64,000 nucleotides of DNA, taken from assembly GCA_047967505.1 (NCBI GenBank), contig CM106538.1, one strand, 5' to 3'. Positions 48,511 to 62,079 of this stretch are shown here, in pieces; positions within the stretch are counted from its first letter, which is position 1; every line of letters begins with the position of its first letter. The notes beneath the pieces were generated by a model that was given only the letters and a program-made list of their open reading frames with translations, was not told where the DNA came from and ran no database searches. This stretch comes from Dipteris shenzhenensis. Its lineage: Eukaryota. The position numbers were made by a program, and so were the translations under genes.

Positions 48511-51500
48511 CTAAAATACATTCAACCCACTACTACTTGTGCTACTCATGTGCTCATCGAAATCAGCATCACCAATGGTAGGCCGGTCATCATCACGTCC
48601 ATGGCCATGATCATCCTCCATATGTTCCATATTAGTAAATGTACTATACATCACTTTGGAATGTGGCATAATAGGTATGACATGCCGCCATCTGTTATTA
48701 TCCACCATTGGTTGATAGAAAACCTAATTCAAACACAAATACAATCATGTTATTTTCCTTGCATTGAAGGTATCAAATATTTAAAAGCGAGTATTTTTAT
48801 ATGTGTGCACAGTACCTGCTCACATTGTTGCAGAAGTACTAGTATGTCCTTCCTACTTTGCCAAAACTTTGTGGAGTCAATAGTTACATAGCCACTTGCA
48901 TGGTGTTTGATTGTTGCATTAGGGCCTCTTTCCACAACGTCCTTAAACCACTTTACATCCAAAACATACACAAAGAAGCATCAAAAGTCAAGCTTAATAA
49001 TATCTTGGATTATGCCACAATAATCATCCATGGCTCCATTGGCTCCCTCAAAGCTAGCAATGACACCACAATCTTGTGTGTTTCTCTTATCATAAATCCG
49101 TTGTGTTTGAAAATGCTTGCCCTCACACCATATAGCATTGAACATAGTGCGCTACACCAAGAAAAAATCAATTAAATAAGCAATCTAAATTATTGAAAGC
49201 TCCTAACTTATGCATAACATTCTATATACCGACCTTGCTCATGCATCCCCTAGGATACTCCCATTCTTCCATTGTGATATGCATCCCCTCATCTTTCTCT
49301 GCTTTCTCCATTTCATCAAGTAGCCAATCCACATTAATATCCTTTGGAAGTGCTCGAGAAGTGCTCTTAGATACTGAGGGTATGGCACACGAGATCTGTG
49401 GTGTGTATGAAAGAGGGCCCTTTCTTCTTGTCTTCTTGCCTTTGCATCCTCGTATCTTGTCACCCATCTTTTCATCACATCACTATTAAGCACGCAATAG
49501 AGGTTGATACTATTATGCAACTCCATGTCTATTACTTTTTTGCATTCTTTCCCTTGAGGCACAATAGAGGTCATCCTTAGGTCTTCATCATCTCTCCATA
49601 GTTGTGGGAAAGAGCTATCCACATCAACAAGAAACTCAGAAATATATACAAGTGACTCTTGTACCAACCAACCCTCGGCCATGCTACCTTCAGGTCTTGC
49701 ATTATGTCTCACGAAGCCCTTTAAGGTCTTCATGAAGTGCACGAGGAAGAACAACCATTGTGCATGTATAGTACTGCATATAGCAATCTCATCCACCAAA
49801 TGCACTATAAGATGTAGTTGGCTTGTGAGAATAGAACGTGGAAATGTCTCCTCCACTAAACAAACCACCTCCACTAACATAACTGGAGCATTCTCAAGCA
49901 TGGTGTGATCTATTTCCTTTGAGCTCACATACCTAGAAATGAAAAAGTACACCATATTAGCAATATGAACACCTTGCATGGAGCATTGATACGCATCATA
50001 TTTTGTATCATGTAAAGTACCTCACAAGCTCGCCCATCTTGTAAATACAATCCTTCATATCCTTCAATGCACTACGAGAAATGCTAGTAGGTAGGATGAA
50101 CTGAACCCACGAGGAGGTGGTTGATTAGTTGCTTATAATTATTCACTCACAAATTTGAAAGGAAAAAGATATTATGCACATAAAATACTTACTTTAAGCA
50201 TCTTGTGCTAATCATGAGATTTCAAGCCATATAATTGCTCTACACCTCTTTTCTTGCTCTTTGTAAAGGCTCCCTTCAAACACCTCGTGCATCCAGTGTG
50301 GGAGTACGAATTGTAGTAATAGCACACTTCACCGCCGCTATCTCTAGCTTTGATAACCTCCACGGTGCACAAGGTAAAAAAACACGCCCATTTGGTCTCT
50401 CTTGTGGCCAATCTTCATGCATCCTCCTTGTGGTACGTAGATCCTCCCTTATGCCTACGGAATCTCGTGTCCCATTCAAATGCTCCCAAATGGTAGATGC
50501 CACATTCTTGAAGATATGCATGGGATCAAGCAGGTGATTGATCTTGAGGTGGGACCAATATGGTAAACGATAAAAGATGGAGTATCTAAATAAAATCTGG
50601 TGTTAGTGGGCAATCTTTATTTCCAACCAATATAGCACACAATAGTTAAAACCCTTACCGGCTCATGCCAAGTGGTGGAGTCGTCGTGGAACCGTCCCAA
50701 ATTCTCATCCAATCTCCCACGGTGAGTGATTGTGGGAGGACTTCATTCCAAGGGGCAACATATCTAGGATGATCAAGTGGGAGAAATCGATGGTGATTCT
50801 CATAGATGACCTTATTCAATGCGTATGCCGGTGAGGCAACTAGCGAAGGACCACAAATAGGACATGCATGGTAACCCGATGTAGTGAGACCTGAACAATA
50901 GATGCAATTAAGAGTTGAAGGTGGGTTTAGGGTGCCACATCCTTTGCCTATTCATAATTAGAAGTGCAATGCTTACCTGAACACTCGCCATAACCTGGAA
51001 AGCCATGCATCATCCACATCAAGACTGCTTTGTAGTTGAAGTCTCGTGACGAGGGAGGCCTGCTCACATCATGCACCTCGATACCTCTCCAAAGTATCTC
51101 TAGCTCGTCAATCAAAGGCTCCAAATAAACATCAGGATTTTTGACTTTATGTTTCCCTGGAATTAGAAGGGACAGCATAACATGTCCTTTCTTAATAGCC
51201 ATAGAGGGTGGAAGATTATAATTTACCAATATCACTAGCCATACACTGTAAGAGGTGCTTTTGAGACCAAATGGGTTCACACCATCCATACCCAATCCAA
51301 GTCTCAAGCTCCTAGGTTCTTCCTTGAAGCTTGGCCATGTGTCTTCAATATGCTTCCATGCAGGAGAGTCTGCGGGAGTTCTCCACTTGCCATCGGTTGA
51401 TCGATGGGAGGAATGCCATGACCTCGCCATGACATGAGCTCTGCAATGGATTTGCAGTGAGCATATGTTGGATGCAAGGGATTATGGGAAAATGTCGCAG

Positions 51501-52138
51501 AACCTTACGAGGCACGTCCAAAGTTTTGAGAGCAAGTTTAGTAACTCAAGGGAGGCACATAGAACAGAGAAAGTGCACCCCTCAAATAGTGGAGTCGATG
51601 CTGCAGTAAAAAGATCGTCCTGCTCCATGCTATCATCCCTCCCTTTGGATTGATGGACATATAAATCCCACACCATATCATCAAACACCTCCTCCTCCAC
51701 GGCTTCATGAGGTGATGGCAGAGAGCTACTATCACCATCACTCCATGCATCCGTAACGGTCCCTCCTGAAGATCCCACCTCATATCGCTGACACTTCGCC
51801 TCCTCACAACGAGCATAGGGCAACATATGCAGGTGTGGCAATGCATCCAATATCAAATTAAAACGGGATCATAACTCAAACATATGAACACCCATAGGTA
51901 TCTCAATCAACTTTAACTCTTTAACACTTACCATGTTTACGATCGCATCCAATTCTCCATACTTTGAGATGTGATTGAGTGTAATCCTGCGTACACGATA
52001 CATGTTTCCTCGACATCGATCACACATACATTTGAATTTTTTGCTCCAACCACATTTCGCGATGGTAAATACAGAGTGATTCATCCTCACTAGAGCTACT
52101 TGTTGAAGATGAAGACATCCTACAAACAAACAACCCAA
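48511..52138 (-). pseudogene. Tnp2/TnpD-like transposase (Transposase_21, DUF4218, DUF4216), intron-containing, degraded
   Basis: DSPAWKHIE...RLGLGMDGVNPF...YNLPP, MHIFKNVAS, HLIVHLVDEI...MKTLKGFVR..ARPEGSMAEG. Confidence 0.9.
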
Positions 52139-52962
52139 AAAAATTTGCTTTTCTTCAAATATCTAATTTTAAAACTCTGTGGCGCATCTAAAGACGCATC
52201 TAAAACTATGCTTGTCTGTTCTGTGGTGCACGTCTATAAGCGCATCTAAAATCGCGTCTGCTCTATGTGTGTAGACGTGCAATTTCATACATATTTAGAC
52301 GCACTTATAGACACGGTTTTCAAATCTGCTTTTAGCGCGCTCGCTTTGCTTTTCTTCACATTACTTATACTTCACACGGCTTGCTTGCTTTGCTATTAAC
52401 AGATCCACAATTTCGATGCTTAAGAAGAAGGCACCCACACTTAATTCCAAGCTTACACTTAAGAGGAAGGCACTGACACTTACTTCCAGGCTTACAGGAG
52501 AAGAGGGTGAACAAGGAAGAGAAGCAACTTTGAAGAAGGAGAAGAAGCTTTCATACCTCTATCCAAGGTAAGTCTCTTTACGGTTGATCTTTTTTGGAAG
52601 TTGCTCTCTTTGGATTTGTCCTTTGTCGTATTCAAGAAACGAATGATTTTGGTATCAGTGTTACGTTTTTGTGTCAGGCACATGTCCTTTTCTACTTTTT
52701 AGAATAGTCCGTCTGTCAGAGCGCATCTATAGACGCATCTCAGAGCGCGTCTAAAACTGCATCTACAGGTGCATCTAGACTGTTTGCAGACATAGATAGC
52801 CACGTCTATAGACATGCTGTTAAACACAAAAATAGACGTGCTTCTCAGATGCATCTATAGACGCACTCCGACAGTAATCTTTTCCGACAGTAATCTTTTC
52901 TTCCCTTCCCCTTTCTTCTCAACTCATCAGTAATCGTCTTTTTTTCTTTTTCCCAGTTCATC

Positions 52963-54443
52963 ATGTGGCCAGGAAGCTCTTCGGGCTCACCTGATCTCCG
53001 GGAGTCTATTTTTAGGGACTTATATAACCTTTAAGGGCACCCTCCTAGTCTTGCGGAGTTATACGGGTATATGATAGGTACTCTAAACACCCCCGAAGAG
53101 TCGGCACTATAGACTCCAAACCACCCCACACCAGCTGAGATTACCCCAGCAGAGTCAGCACAGCCCAGTCAGCTACACAACTAAGGCCCTTCTCCCATGC
53201 CATCTTATGGCCCTTCCCCCATGCCGTCTTATGCCCCTTCCCCCATGCCGTTTTATGCCCCTTCCCCCATGCCGTCAGGAGGTCCTTCTGTCTCACAGAG
53301 CCATCGGCGTACTCCTGTGCAGTCAAGACTCGGTTCTCCATCTACGAGTGGTCCACATAGTCCTGTGTAGTCTCCAGCTATGAGTGGCCAGCGTACTAGT
53401 TTGACACGACACGGTAGCAGGCGTAGTAGTAGGGAGAGCGGTCGGGGATGCATGGCACAGTGCTTTGGGAGGGGTGGTGGTAGGGACGATGATGATTCAG
53501 ATGATTTGGATGTGCCTCCAGGTGATGGTACGATCTTCTATGACATCACTCCGACAAGAGGCATCTTGATGGATGCACGGGGGAAGGACATCATGGCCTT
53601 CATGCGCTCTGTAATTGCTAATAATTATAGAGATTGCTTTATCCACTACAAAGACCATCCAAAGAGGTTGGCTGATGAGACCCTCGCTGCTATTCGCTCT
53701 AGATATCCTAACCCCCAATCGTCAGTTCACAGATAAATGGGCCAAGTCAAAGATTGTTACGATACTTGGCAATAAAAGATCTTTGCTTAAGAGGCAGGCA
53801 CTAGCGGAGCTTGCCAGGCTCGAGGGAGGTCAACCACCAAGGGGCCTGCACCACACCGCTCACAAGCGTGAGTGGAAGAAAGCAATGAAGTCAGCGAGGG
53901 AGGACCCCAGTCTACAGCACGTGGAGGCACGAAGGATCCAGATGGAGCAATATGGAAGCATGCATTTTGGAGCAGGGGGTGTTGAATCATGGGAGGCCCA
54001 ATTTGTAAGTATTGATCTCAAATTATATTGCTTATGTAGTTTATTAGGAGGTTGTTTCTTTGTACTAACCCCTTCGCAAATTGTGTCGTCTTATAGCTTG
54101 AGATCGTGGGCAAATACCCTACTCCTGTTGAGACAGCCTACCACCGCCACCATTACAGAGGAGATACATGGAAGCACTTCTATCATGACAGGTTGATTAC
54201 TGAGGAGCAGTATATCCGGGCTCTTGGAGCGGCCCCCGAGGTATTTGAAAGTAATTAAATAATAATGTCAATATTATAAGTAAAGATTTGATTTTTCATA
54301 CATTGATATATGTTGTCCCTTGTTTACAGGTCCCTGCACAAGAAGACGAGGAAGAAGACGAGAAAGGAGGCGGAGAAGGGAGCACAGAAGGGAGCACAAA
54401 AGGGAGCGTGGAAGGGAGCGAGGACATGGAGAACATAGATTAG
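52963..54443 (+). pseudogene. Second CACTA gene (TnpA-like), divergent from the transposase, with 24-bp repeats at ~53190-53275
   Basis: ORFs 53380-53736 and 53615-54196 (HFGAGG), GT-AG introns, inside the TIRs. Confidence 0.55.
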
Positions 54444-57160
54444 TTGTAGAAGTAGTGCTAGCTACTGTTTTTTGTACTTAAAGCCACTAGCTTGGCTTCG
54501 TGCCTCTTGTATATACACTCCTCTTATTTTTTGTACTTGAAGCCACATGACGTGGCTTAGCTTCGTGCTATATGTACATACAAGTACTTTTTGAGCTTTC
54601 AATTTTATTGCGTTTTGGAGTTGTAATGTTTTATTTGGAATTGTAATTAAAATGTGGTTGCCTGTAAGGATTGAATTACACAATGTGGAAATGGGATTCC
54701 TGTAACTATATAGCATACACAGCATTCTGTAAATTTAAAAAAAAATATTATGTAGCGCGTCTATCAGTGCGTCTATAAACGCATCTATATACGCGTTTGT
54801 CTGTTCGGGGAGTGTCTATTTGCACGTCTATAAAAGCATCTATAAGACCGTTTATAAATGCGTCTATACACGTGTTTAACGATGCGTCTATCTGTTTTTT
54901 AAATTTTTTAGCAGAGCGTCTATTTAGGCATCTAGATGCACATCTATACGCGCGTCTGTCTGCTATATAGATGCGCTATTAGATGTGGGTCTCTAGATGC
55001 ACAAATAGACACGCCCGTAAGTTTTTTTTAAGTTTAGTAAACGCGTCTGTGTGCGTGTCTATGGGCGCTTTGTCTTGTTGTGTGTTAAGGGAGATCCCAT
55101 GCCTTGCAATCTCAATCGCTTTAAACCACCTAGGATTTCGATGAAGTAATTGTTGGTCGGAGGCTTGAAGGCAGCTTGCATTGGAGATAGATGGCAAGTC
55201 CAGGAAGCGCAAAATCAGCGATGTCGGAGGCTTTGAAGAAAAGGTTGAATGTGAACACATCGAACTTGAATAGGATCTACTTTTGGGTATATGAGAGCAT
55301 TGGTGATAGTGAGGAGGATCTCGTAGCAAGCAGGCTTGTGACTAGAGTCATCCTTGAATCTACAGCCCCCACATGTAGGAAGGAATCAAACATCCTCTAT
55401 GGCCACATAGTTAAGGCTCTGTGCAAAATGAGATTGGAGCTTCAACGACCAAGTAACATCATTGAAGAGCTATCCTAGGCAGCAATAGGAGAACTTATTG
55501 CCTACCATCTACCAAGGAGATGGACCATATGGTTCCTCTCTCGACATCAAGCACAGTTGCAAACAGGAGGCAAGGGGGCTCTAAGCATAGTGAGGAGCAA
55601 ATGTAGAAATAGATTTGAAGTCTATTGAGAGTCTATCCATCAACTGCCGCGTGCAAACAATGCATCGAATGACCCATACTACATATAATATCTAATCCAA
55701 CATTGGGAAATACTCCAATCATCCTAACTGTCATTGGGCATGCTCAAAGAGGTTGAGGAGGGGACACGTGGCATACCCTTTGGACGACACCTCAAACTTA
55801 GAAATAAGGAATATAATATGATATTATTTGCTAAAAGCAGTGTCAATGACACTGTTTTTTGGTACCACCTAACCATGCTTTCACCCAGTAACACTAGCGA
55901 CATTAATATATTCACATGGAATCACCCACAATACTAACCATCTAGCCTGGCCAAACACACGTCCAGTTATGTGTCCCTAGCTAAACCATGCAAAGCATCC
56001 ACTAGGACATGGTGCGTGTCCTATGTGTCGGTAGTAAGCAATGTAGGAAATATGCTTTTCGTAACATGATATATGCTCAACAAATGTTTCTTGGCCTTTG
56101 GAGGGTCTTTGGTCCTTCTTAGAAGGGTATCGACATATAATCATGGAAAGTAAATTAGTGAAAATCTTTTATTCCCTTAACTTTGACAATGTACATTGTG
56201 GGGGGAAAACAAAGCTCCCTTAAATTTAACAAATGTTCTATTAACTTTGTACCCTTAGAGGCGGGAAAATGTGCATTGTGTGGTTGGTAATGACCATGTT
56301 TTTGTTAATTCTATTTCATTCATTGAAATCATAAATAAAGACTTCAATATTTTATAGTAGTACTAAGCCAGAGAGCTAAGACATGAATTGCATAAGATAG
56401 CAAAATGTTAGATAATATTAAAGCAATTAATGAGAAAGCGTCCATGGGCGAATATGAATTCTACTTACTTGACCATGTCTATAAAATCATTGTAGAATAT
56501 TACTTGACCCATCATTGTAAATGGAGGGAGCACAAAGTATAGGCATTTTAACTTTTCATATACTATTAGTAGGTGAATTAAATATGTCCTTCTATTGAAC
56601 TCATGTGATAGCCACATATATTCTTAAGTGACCCTCCTGAGTAAACTTAACTACCCCATGTGGTCCAATAGGATAGAATAGAACATAGATGGCACTTTTA
56701 GGGCGAATAGGGAAACACTTACCTTTTGGAGAAACCTTGGTATTACACCTAGTTTTCTAATAATTGCACAAGATGAAGTGAACTCTACGTTCCTCCTTTT
56801 CCATCACTTTGAGAAAATTTCAATATACCATAACACACGCCACATTACTCGTACTATCAATTGTACACTTTCCACAACTCAAAACAATCATACGTGATGC
56901 TTTGTCATAGCATGAATTCTAGATGCATCAAGGGAACCCTCAAAACAATTATAACAATTCCCTATGAATAAAGTTGTTGAGAAGTTCTAAAATCAAGGGT
57001 TACATAGCCAATTTATGGGACTAGCTTCTTGTGCTAATGAAGAAATGACAAACTACTCTCACAAAGTGAAGGTGTTCATATTTAAATGCACAAGGAATCA
57101 TGGGTAATGGTGATTATTGATTTCATCTACATGTACATCTAATCACAAATGTTGAATGAG

Positions 57161-59449
57161 CTATAATGTGTTTCGTTTGGAGGATCTTTTAGAATACAAG
57201 GCATGGTCCGATTCGAGACTGAGTTGCTTCAATGCTCTCGCAGCTTGGGCTTGGACGTCACTAGAAGAGGAACGGAGGAGGGATGATAGGAGAGGTGTGG
57301 CCCCTAAGGCAACAATCGAGATGCGAGCCGAGGGATTGACAGCAAGGTTGGCGATTGCGCCGGTGGCATACCGTTGCACAAGTGTCGAGAGCGAGGTGAG
57401 AAGTGCAATGAGAGATGGGATGGCAGTAGGGATGGTGGTGATTTGAGCCACATGGGCATCATCGAGGGAGAGGTTGAAGAGTGCACCGGCAGCGTTCTGG
57501 TGGACGAGTGTGGAAGTGGTGGTGCGGGTGAGGTGGACGAGTCGAGAGAAGACGGACGGGACAGAGGCGATGTCGTTGGCGATGGGCTCGTGGTGGGCGA
57601 GGTTCATGAGGGTGCCAGCAGCTTTCTCTTGGACGAGGGCGGAGGGAGAAGAGAGGAGGTCTACTAGGCGAGATAGCAAGCGACCATCATGGGACCTGGC
57701 AATGGTAGAGCGGTTCTTATCATTGGTGTTTGCCAAATTCCAAAGGCCACTAGCTGCAGAAGCTTGGGCTTCGACCACCTCCACAAATAGCAGAGCCCCT
57801 AAATTCACCACCACATCGGCGGCCTCCGCCAAAATAGTCCCTCGGTTGCTCATATCGAAGGACAAACTCTCTAGCGCCGCTGCAGCCGCTATACGAACCT
57901 CCAAAACCTCCCCTTCATCCAGCAGCCTCGCCAGCCCCGAGACCACCCCTTGTTCCGCAGCCACCTTCACGTCCACGCCGTCGATCATCGCCAGCTTCTC
58001 CAGTAGCCTCGCCGAAGCCACGGCCTCCACAGACCTCCCGCCTCCCGTGAGAAGCCTGGCGAGCCGCGGCAGCACGCCCTCGGCGACGGCAACCTCGAGG
58101 ACGTCGTCGGGGGAGCGATGTAGGAGGGCGAGGGAGAAGAGGCGCGGTTCGAGGAGGGGAGAGGAGAGCGATTCGGTGGCCCAACCGGCAACAGCGGGAG
58201 AGGAAGGAAGATGGAGGAGGGAGTGGTGGGGAGGAGATGGAGGAGGAGATGGAGGGAAGAAGAGGAGGAGCAAGGTGGCGAGGCGAGTGGGAAGAGAAGA
58301 CGAGCAGGAAACTAAGCGTTGAAGAACGTAGTGTTCTTGGCAAATGTTGCTGAGGATGGCACCTGTGTAGAATTGAGTTGTTGAAGAAGGAGCTTCGAAC
58401 ATGATCAGCAACCTGCTGAGAGCTTTGGACGAAGCATTGGCTATGGCGATCCTGTTGCTCGCCACCCCTGATACCACCCTCAACAATCCTGCTGCATTCG
58501 CTTGCATGCATGGCGAGCTCCTCCCCGATAGCTTCCCTACCAGCCATCCCACCATCCCCTCCCCCATCGCCCTCCTCACCTCCCCCTCCCCCTCCTCCCC
58601 TTGTAATAGTACCCTCAGCGTCTCCATCGCCCCTTCCTCCACCACCTCCTCCCCCTTCCTTGCCATCTCCCCTAGCTCCTCCAACACCCCCGCCTTCCCT
58701 GCCACCACCTTCCTCATCCCCCTGTCGCTCTGCATCGCTATCGCTTGTAGATCCCGAAGCACTAGCTTTTTAATCGACTTCTCCCCCGGCCCGCTCTTCG
58801 CTAGCACCTCCACCAGCGCTTCTACCCCCCCCACCCGCACGAACTCGCCCATCTCCTGATCCTCCTCCATCGACTTCAGCACCGATCCTGTCATCCTTTT
58901 TGTCCTCCGCAGCCTCGCCACTAGCTTCACGATCTTCTTTGAGCACGGCTGCTGTAGCTCCATCGACCGGCCTTCGAACTCCTCCAGCAATTGCCGCAGC
59001 TTCGCCAAAGGCTCCGCCATCGAGTTCTGGGCACCGGAAGATTGTTGCCGAGCGTTGCAGTAGGTGTTATACAAGCTGAGGGCGTGCCGGATGCGATCGC
59101 GCGCATCGTAGAGACGCCGGCGAAGGAGGCGCTCGCCCCAGATTTGGACGGTACAGAGGACGTATTCATCGAGGGCATCGCGAATCTCTTCTAGAGCCTT
59201 GCACATGAGCTGCACAACTCTGAAGAAATTTCGATCGAAATGTTCGTCACCATTATTCACTGCTGGAAGATCTTTAAGGATAGCGGACGGTAGAAACCGC
59301 AGGTCGGTACCGAGCTCCCATGGAACCTGATCCTTGATCCTCTCGTCCTCAAAGAGCGCTTCGGTCTGACCCAAAACACTGATCAGGCGCGAAAGAGCCC
59401 TATAAATCGACGCTGTTATAATATCAGAGCCCTCCTCACTCTCTGGCAT
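57161..59449 (-). CDS. Armadillo-repeat protein (762 aa, intronless) with a helical N-terminal domain
   Basis: Long GC-rich ORF; ARM repeats such as QEKAAGTLMNLA, QNAAGALFNLS, QRYATGAIANLA. Confidence 0.92.
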   Translation of the reverse strand: MPESEEGSDIITASIYRALSRLISVLGQTEALFEDERIKDQVPWELGTDLRFLPSAILKDLPAVNNGDEHFDRNFFRVVQLMCKALEEIRDALDEYVLCTVQIWGERLLRRRLYDARDRIRHALSLYNTYCNARQQSSGAQNSMAEPLAKLRQLLEEFEGRSMELQQPCSKKIVKLVARLRRTKRMTGSVLKSMEEDQEMGEFVRVGGVEALVEVLAKSGPGEKSIKKLVLRDLQAIAMQSDRGMRKVVAGKAGVLEELGEMARKGEEVVEEGAMETLRVLLQGEEGEGEVRRAMGEGMVGWLVGKLSGRSSPCMQANAAGLLRVVSGVASNRIAIANASSKALSRLLIMFEAPSSTTQFYTGAILSNICQEHYVLQRLVSCSSSLPTRLATLLLLFFPPSPPPSPPHHSLLHLPSSPAVAGWATESLSSPLLEPRLFSLALLHRSPDDVLEVAVAEGVLPRLARLLTGGGRSVEAVASARLLEKLAMIDGVDVKVAAEQGVVSGLARLLDEGEVLEVRIAAAAALESLSFDMSNRGTILAEAADVVVNLGALLFVEVVEAQASAASGLWNLANTNDKNRSTIARSHDGRLLSRLVDLLSSPSALVQEKAAGTLMNLAHHEPIANDIASVPSVFSRLVHLTRTTTSTLVHQNAAGALFNLSLDDAHVAQITTIPTAIPSLIALLTSLSTLVQRYATGAIANLAVNPSARISIVALGATPLLSSLLRSSSSDVQAQAARALKQLSLESDHALYSKRSSKRNTL

Positions 59450-59745
59450 CTCTATTCTCTAGTACAGCTTTGCTTCCGTGATTTTTCTCGTCATTTGCTT
59501 CAGCCTGGGAAGCGTAACGTCTCCTGCTCATCACGTCGCACCTATTGGCGAACGCTCTATAGACTATGAGCTCTTCTAATTTCTACCTCCATACGTTTAC
59601 TTCAACGGAGGTAGGGAAACAAGATGCGCGTACTGGGAGGAGGTGTGCTTGCAATACTACGCCCATATATTGTGCTCTGGAGTCTGAAGAGTAGGCTCTT
59701 CTCCTCTCTCTAGACTGACGCTGCTTTTTTCTCTGTTTAAGTTTC

Positions 59746-59857
59746 AGTCTACGATTTGTCAATCACGGTCTCAGCCTCTGGGCTTGCAATGCGTCATTCG
59801 GAAGTCTACGATTTGTCAATCACGGTCTCGGCCTCTGGGCTTGCAATGCGTCATTCG
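59746..59857. repeat. 57-bp-period tandem duplication upstream of the ARM gene, followed by (CT)n at ~59878-59903
   Basis: AGTCTACGATTTGTCAATCACGGTCTC...GCGTCATTCG twice. Confidence 0.9.
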
Positions 59858-61593
59858 CTTCCGAATGATTCGATCTGCTCTCTCTCTCTCTCTCTCTCTC
59901 TCTCGTCACACTCTACGATTTGTGGGGGCGCTTTAGGCTCGCGATACGTCCGAGATTATCCGAGAGCTGAAGGCTGGAAGGGATGAGGGGCAAACATTAT
60001 ATACCCGAGACGGCCTGAAAGCCGGCTTCCAAGTGCCGGCGTGGACACTTAAAAAACGTTGTTTCGAAACTGCTGTCACTACCTTGGGGGTCTCCACATG
60101 GCTGCCTGGGGACTGTAGTCCGGCCGGCATCTGGAGCAATCTTATAAGTTATTAGTCATCGCCACGGCTTCACATTTATCAACGAAATTTACAAGTACGC
60201 TACCCGCGTATTGGTGCTGATTAAAAGACACTGAGGTGGACCTTCCCTATCTTCCCTCGCAGCCTCTTATCCCCAAGTGTTGGCCCAAAGATCATTTCAT
60301 GACACTTGAGGAGCAACAGGCACTGATGAAGAACGTGAGCAAGGAGTAGTTAGAGAGGGCATTTGTTGTCATTGCTTGAACAAAGAAGACATTCATTTTA
60401 CACGGTGTTTAGTCTCCACACTTGAACCAATCATACTCTACGGAACGAAGAATACCTTTCACTTGGTAGTTGCGATTGTGTCAACGCACATTCAAAGGCA
60501 TAGCAACAATTTGGAAGAAATCCGTTTGAACACATTAAGGATTTTTTGTGCAAGGAACTCATTCTTATGACAGAAGACTTTAAGTTGGTTGGCTATACAC
60601 AGAGGACCGAGGATGTTGATCTTGTTGCATATCTACTATCCTCTTCCTCATCTCTTAAATGGTCCTCCTAAGGCCCCTATACCTCTTTTCTGCCATGAGT
60701 ACAAAGAAGCCATGGTAGGACTCCGGCTTTGATCATCTGGAAGCTACTCAGTCGCATGCACTATCGTCATTCCTTTCCACCTGCTTTTAGCAATCAATTA
60801 TTGCAATCTGATAGCATAGCTTCCAATCCTTACATTCGGAGCCTTCTTGCTCATCTAGGGAGCAGTAGCAAACTATTATTTGCTGCTTGAGGTTGCTCAT
60901 AGGCTTGGACAACTGGAAGGACAAATCGGTTTTGCTTACTGATAGAGCGAATGATCAATCCTAGCATATTCTCTCTCCTTACTCCGTCGATGGTATCTAC
61001 ATTACCTTTCATTTGCATCAAGGTGGCGGCAGTCTTCAATATCTTTTTCTCAGCCTGTTGTCAAGACTCAAGTTTCAAGACCCTCAAAGAAAGACAGGCA
61101 TGGAGGACTTGGATGCAGAGTGGCTATGGCAGAAGCGACCCCAAGCAGGGCCACTGATGGAGAGCCAGAAGATGAGACTTTTTGCCTTGATTTTGATTAT
61201 TGCTGGACCAAAAAGTCACGTATTGAGATTTGAAATGTCACAATCTCAAGACAAAACCTCTAGATAATACGTGGCTTTTTTACTCTCCTCCAAGCTGCCG
61301 CGTGTCATGCTTTTATCCGTGGTGGTTATAAGTCCTAGGGATATTCTCTAGAGGTATTTAGGGCAAGACCAATAAAAATCCTCCGTTTGTTTCATCTCTC
61401 ATCATGTCAAATTAGTGGAGCACTCGTGGAGCATTACTAGTAACTACTTTATCTCTTGAAGCTGCTCCAAATTCCAATCAACCATTAACACACTCGAAGC
61501 CCTACAGTCTCTAAGTCTCTTTAATAACATCTAAATTCGTGTTTTCATTGAACTTTCATTTATTCATTCTATAATATAATCCACACCTATCTC

Positions 61594-61760
61594 GAGAGTT
61601 GTCATAGGGGAGCACCTAGCCAACACGGGTATCTTCAATTAAGTTAAGCATGCTAGCAAACAATTGATCTAGCGTTTAACTTGAGAGTTGTCATAGGGGA
61701 GCACCTAAGCAATCCGTGTTATTTCAATTAAGTTAATCATGCTAGCAAACAATTGATGTA
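61594..61760. repeat. ~89-bp tandem duplication
   Basis: GAGAGTTGTCATAGGGGAGCACCTA...CATGCTAGCAAACAATTGAT twice. Confidence 0.85.
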
Positions 61761-62079
61761 ACATTTGACTTTGGTTTCATCGATAATATTTTATAAATGC
61801 TCAATTTGTATGACTCTTTCCTCGATGATTTCTTCAACCATATATTCTAAAAGCTCAATTTGTATGACTATGTCAATCTATCTGACGTTCAATTTGATGT
61901 GGCACTGCCATGGTTTGGAGTCTTACAATTGCATTTAAGTCTTCATAACCTTATTGTAAATCAATTTGAAAAATTCATGAAAAAAAAAATCAATTTAAGC
62001 TTTTTTTTGGGGGGGCGATAAAATAATGTTTAATTGAGTGAATAGTTTATTCATTAACACATATGGTTTGCATTCAATA

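Larger units (their letters stand above)
47983..55082. mobile_element. Complete CACTA/EnSpm-type DNA transposon with CACAA termini
   Basis: 16-bp TIR CACAACAA(C/G)ACAAAGC, 3-bp TSD TGT at 47980-47982 and 55083-55085, subterminal GCGTCTA repeats. Confidence 0.92.

Noticed and set aside
47931-55153. Long direct repeat (GAGATCCCATGCCTTGCAATCT...CGATGAAGTAATTGT) flanking the CACTA element as a long TSD or LTR
   Set aside because: Copies are diverged and offset; the true TSD is TGT, so the element inserted into an existing tandem duplication
57474-58859. Plus-strand and alternate-frame ORFs over the ARM gene
   Set aside because: Shadow ORFs of a GC-rich coding sequence
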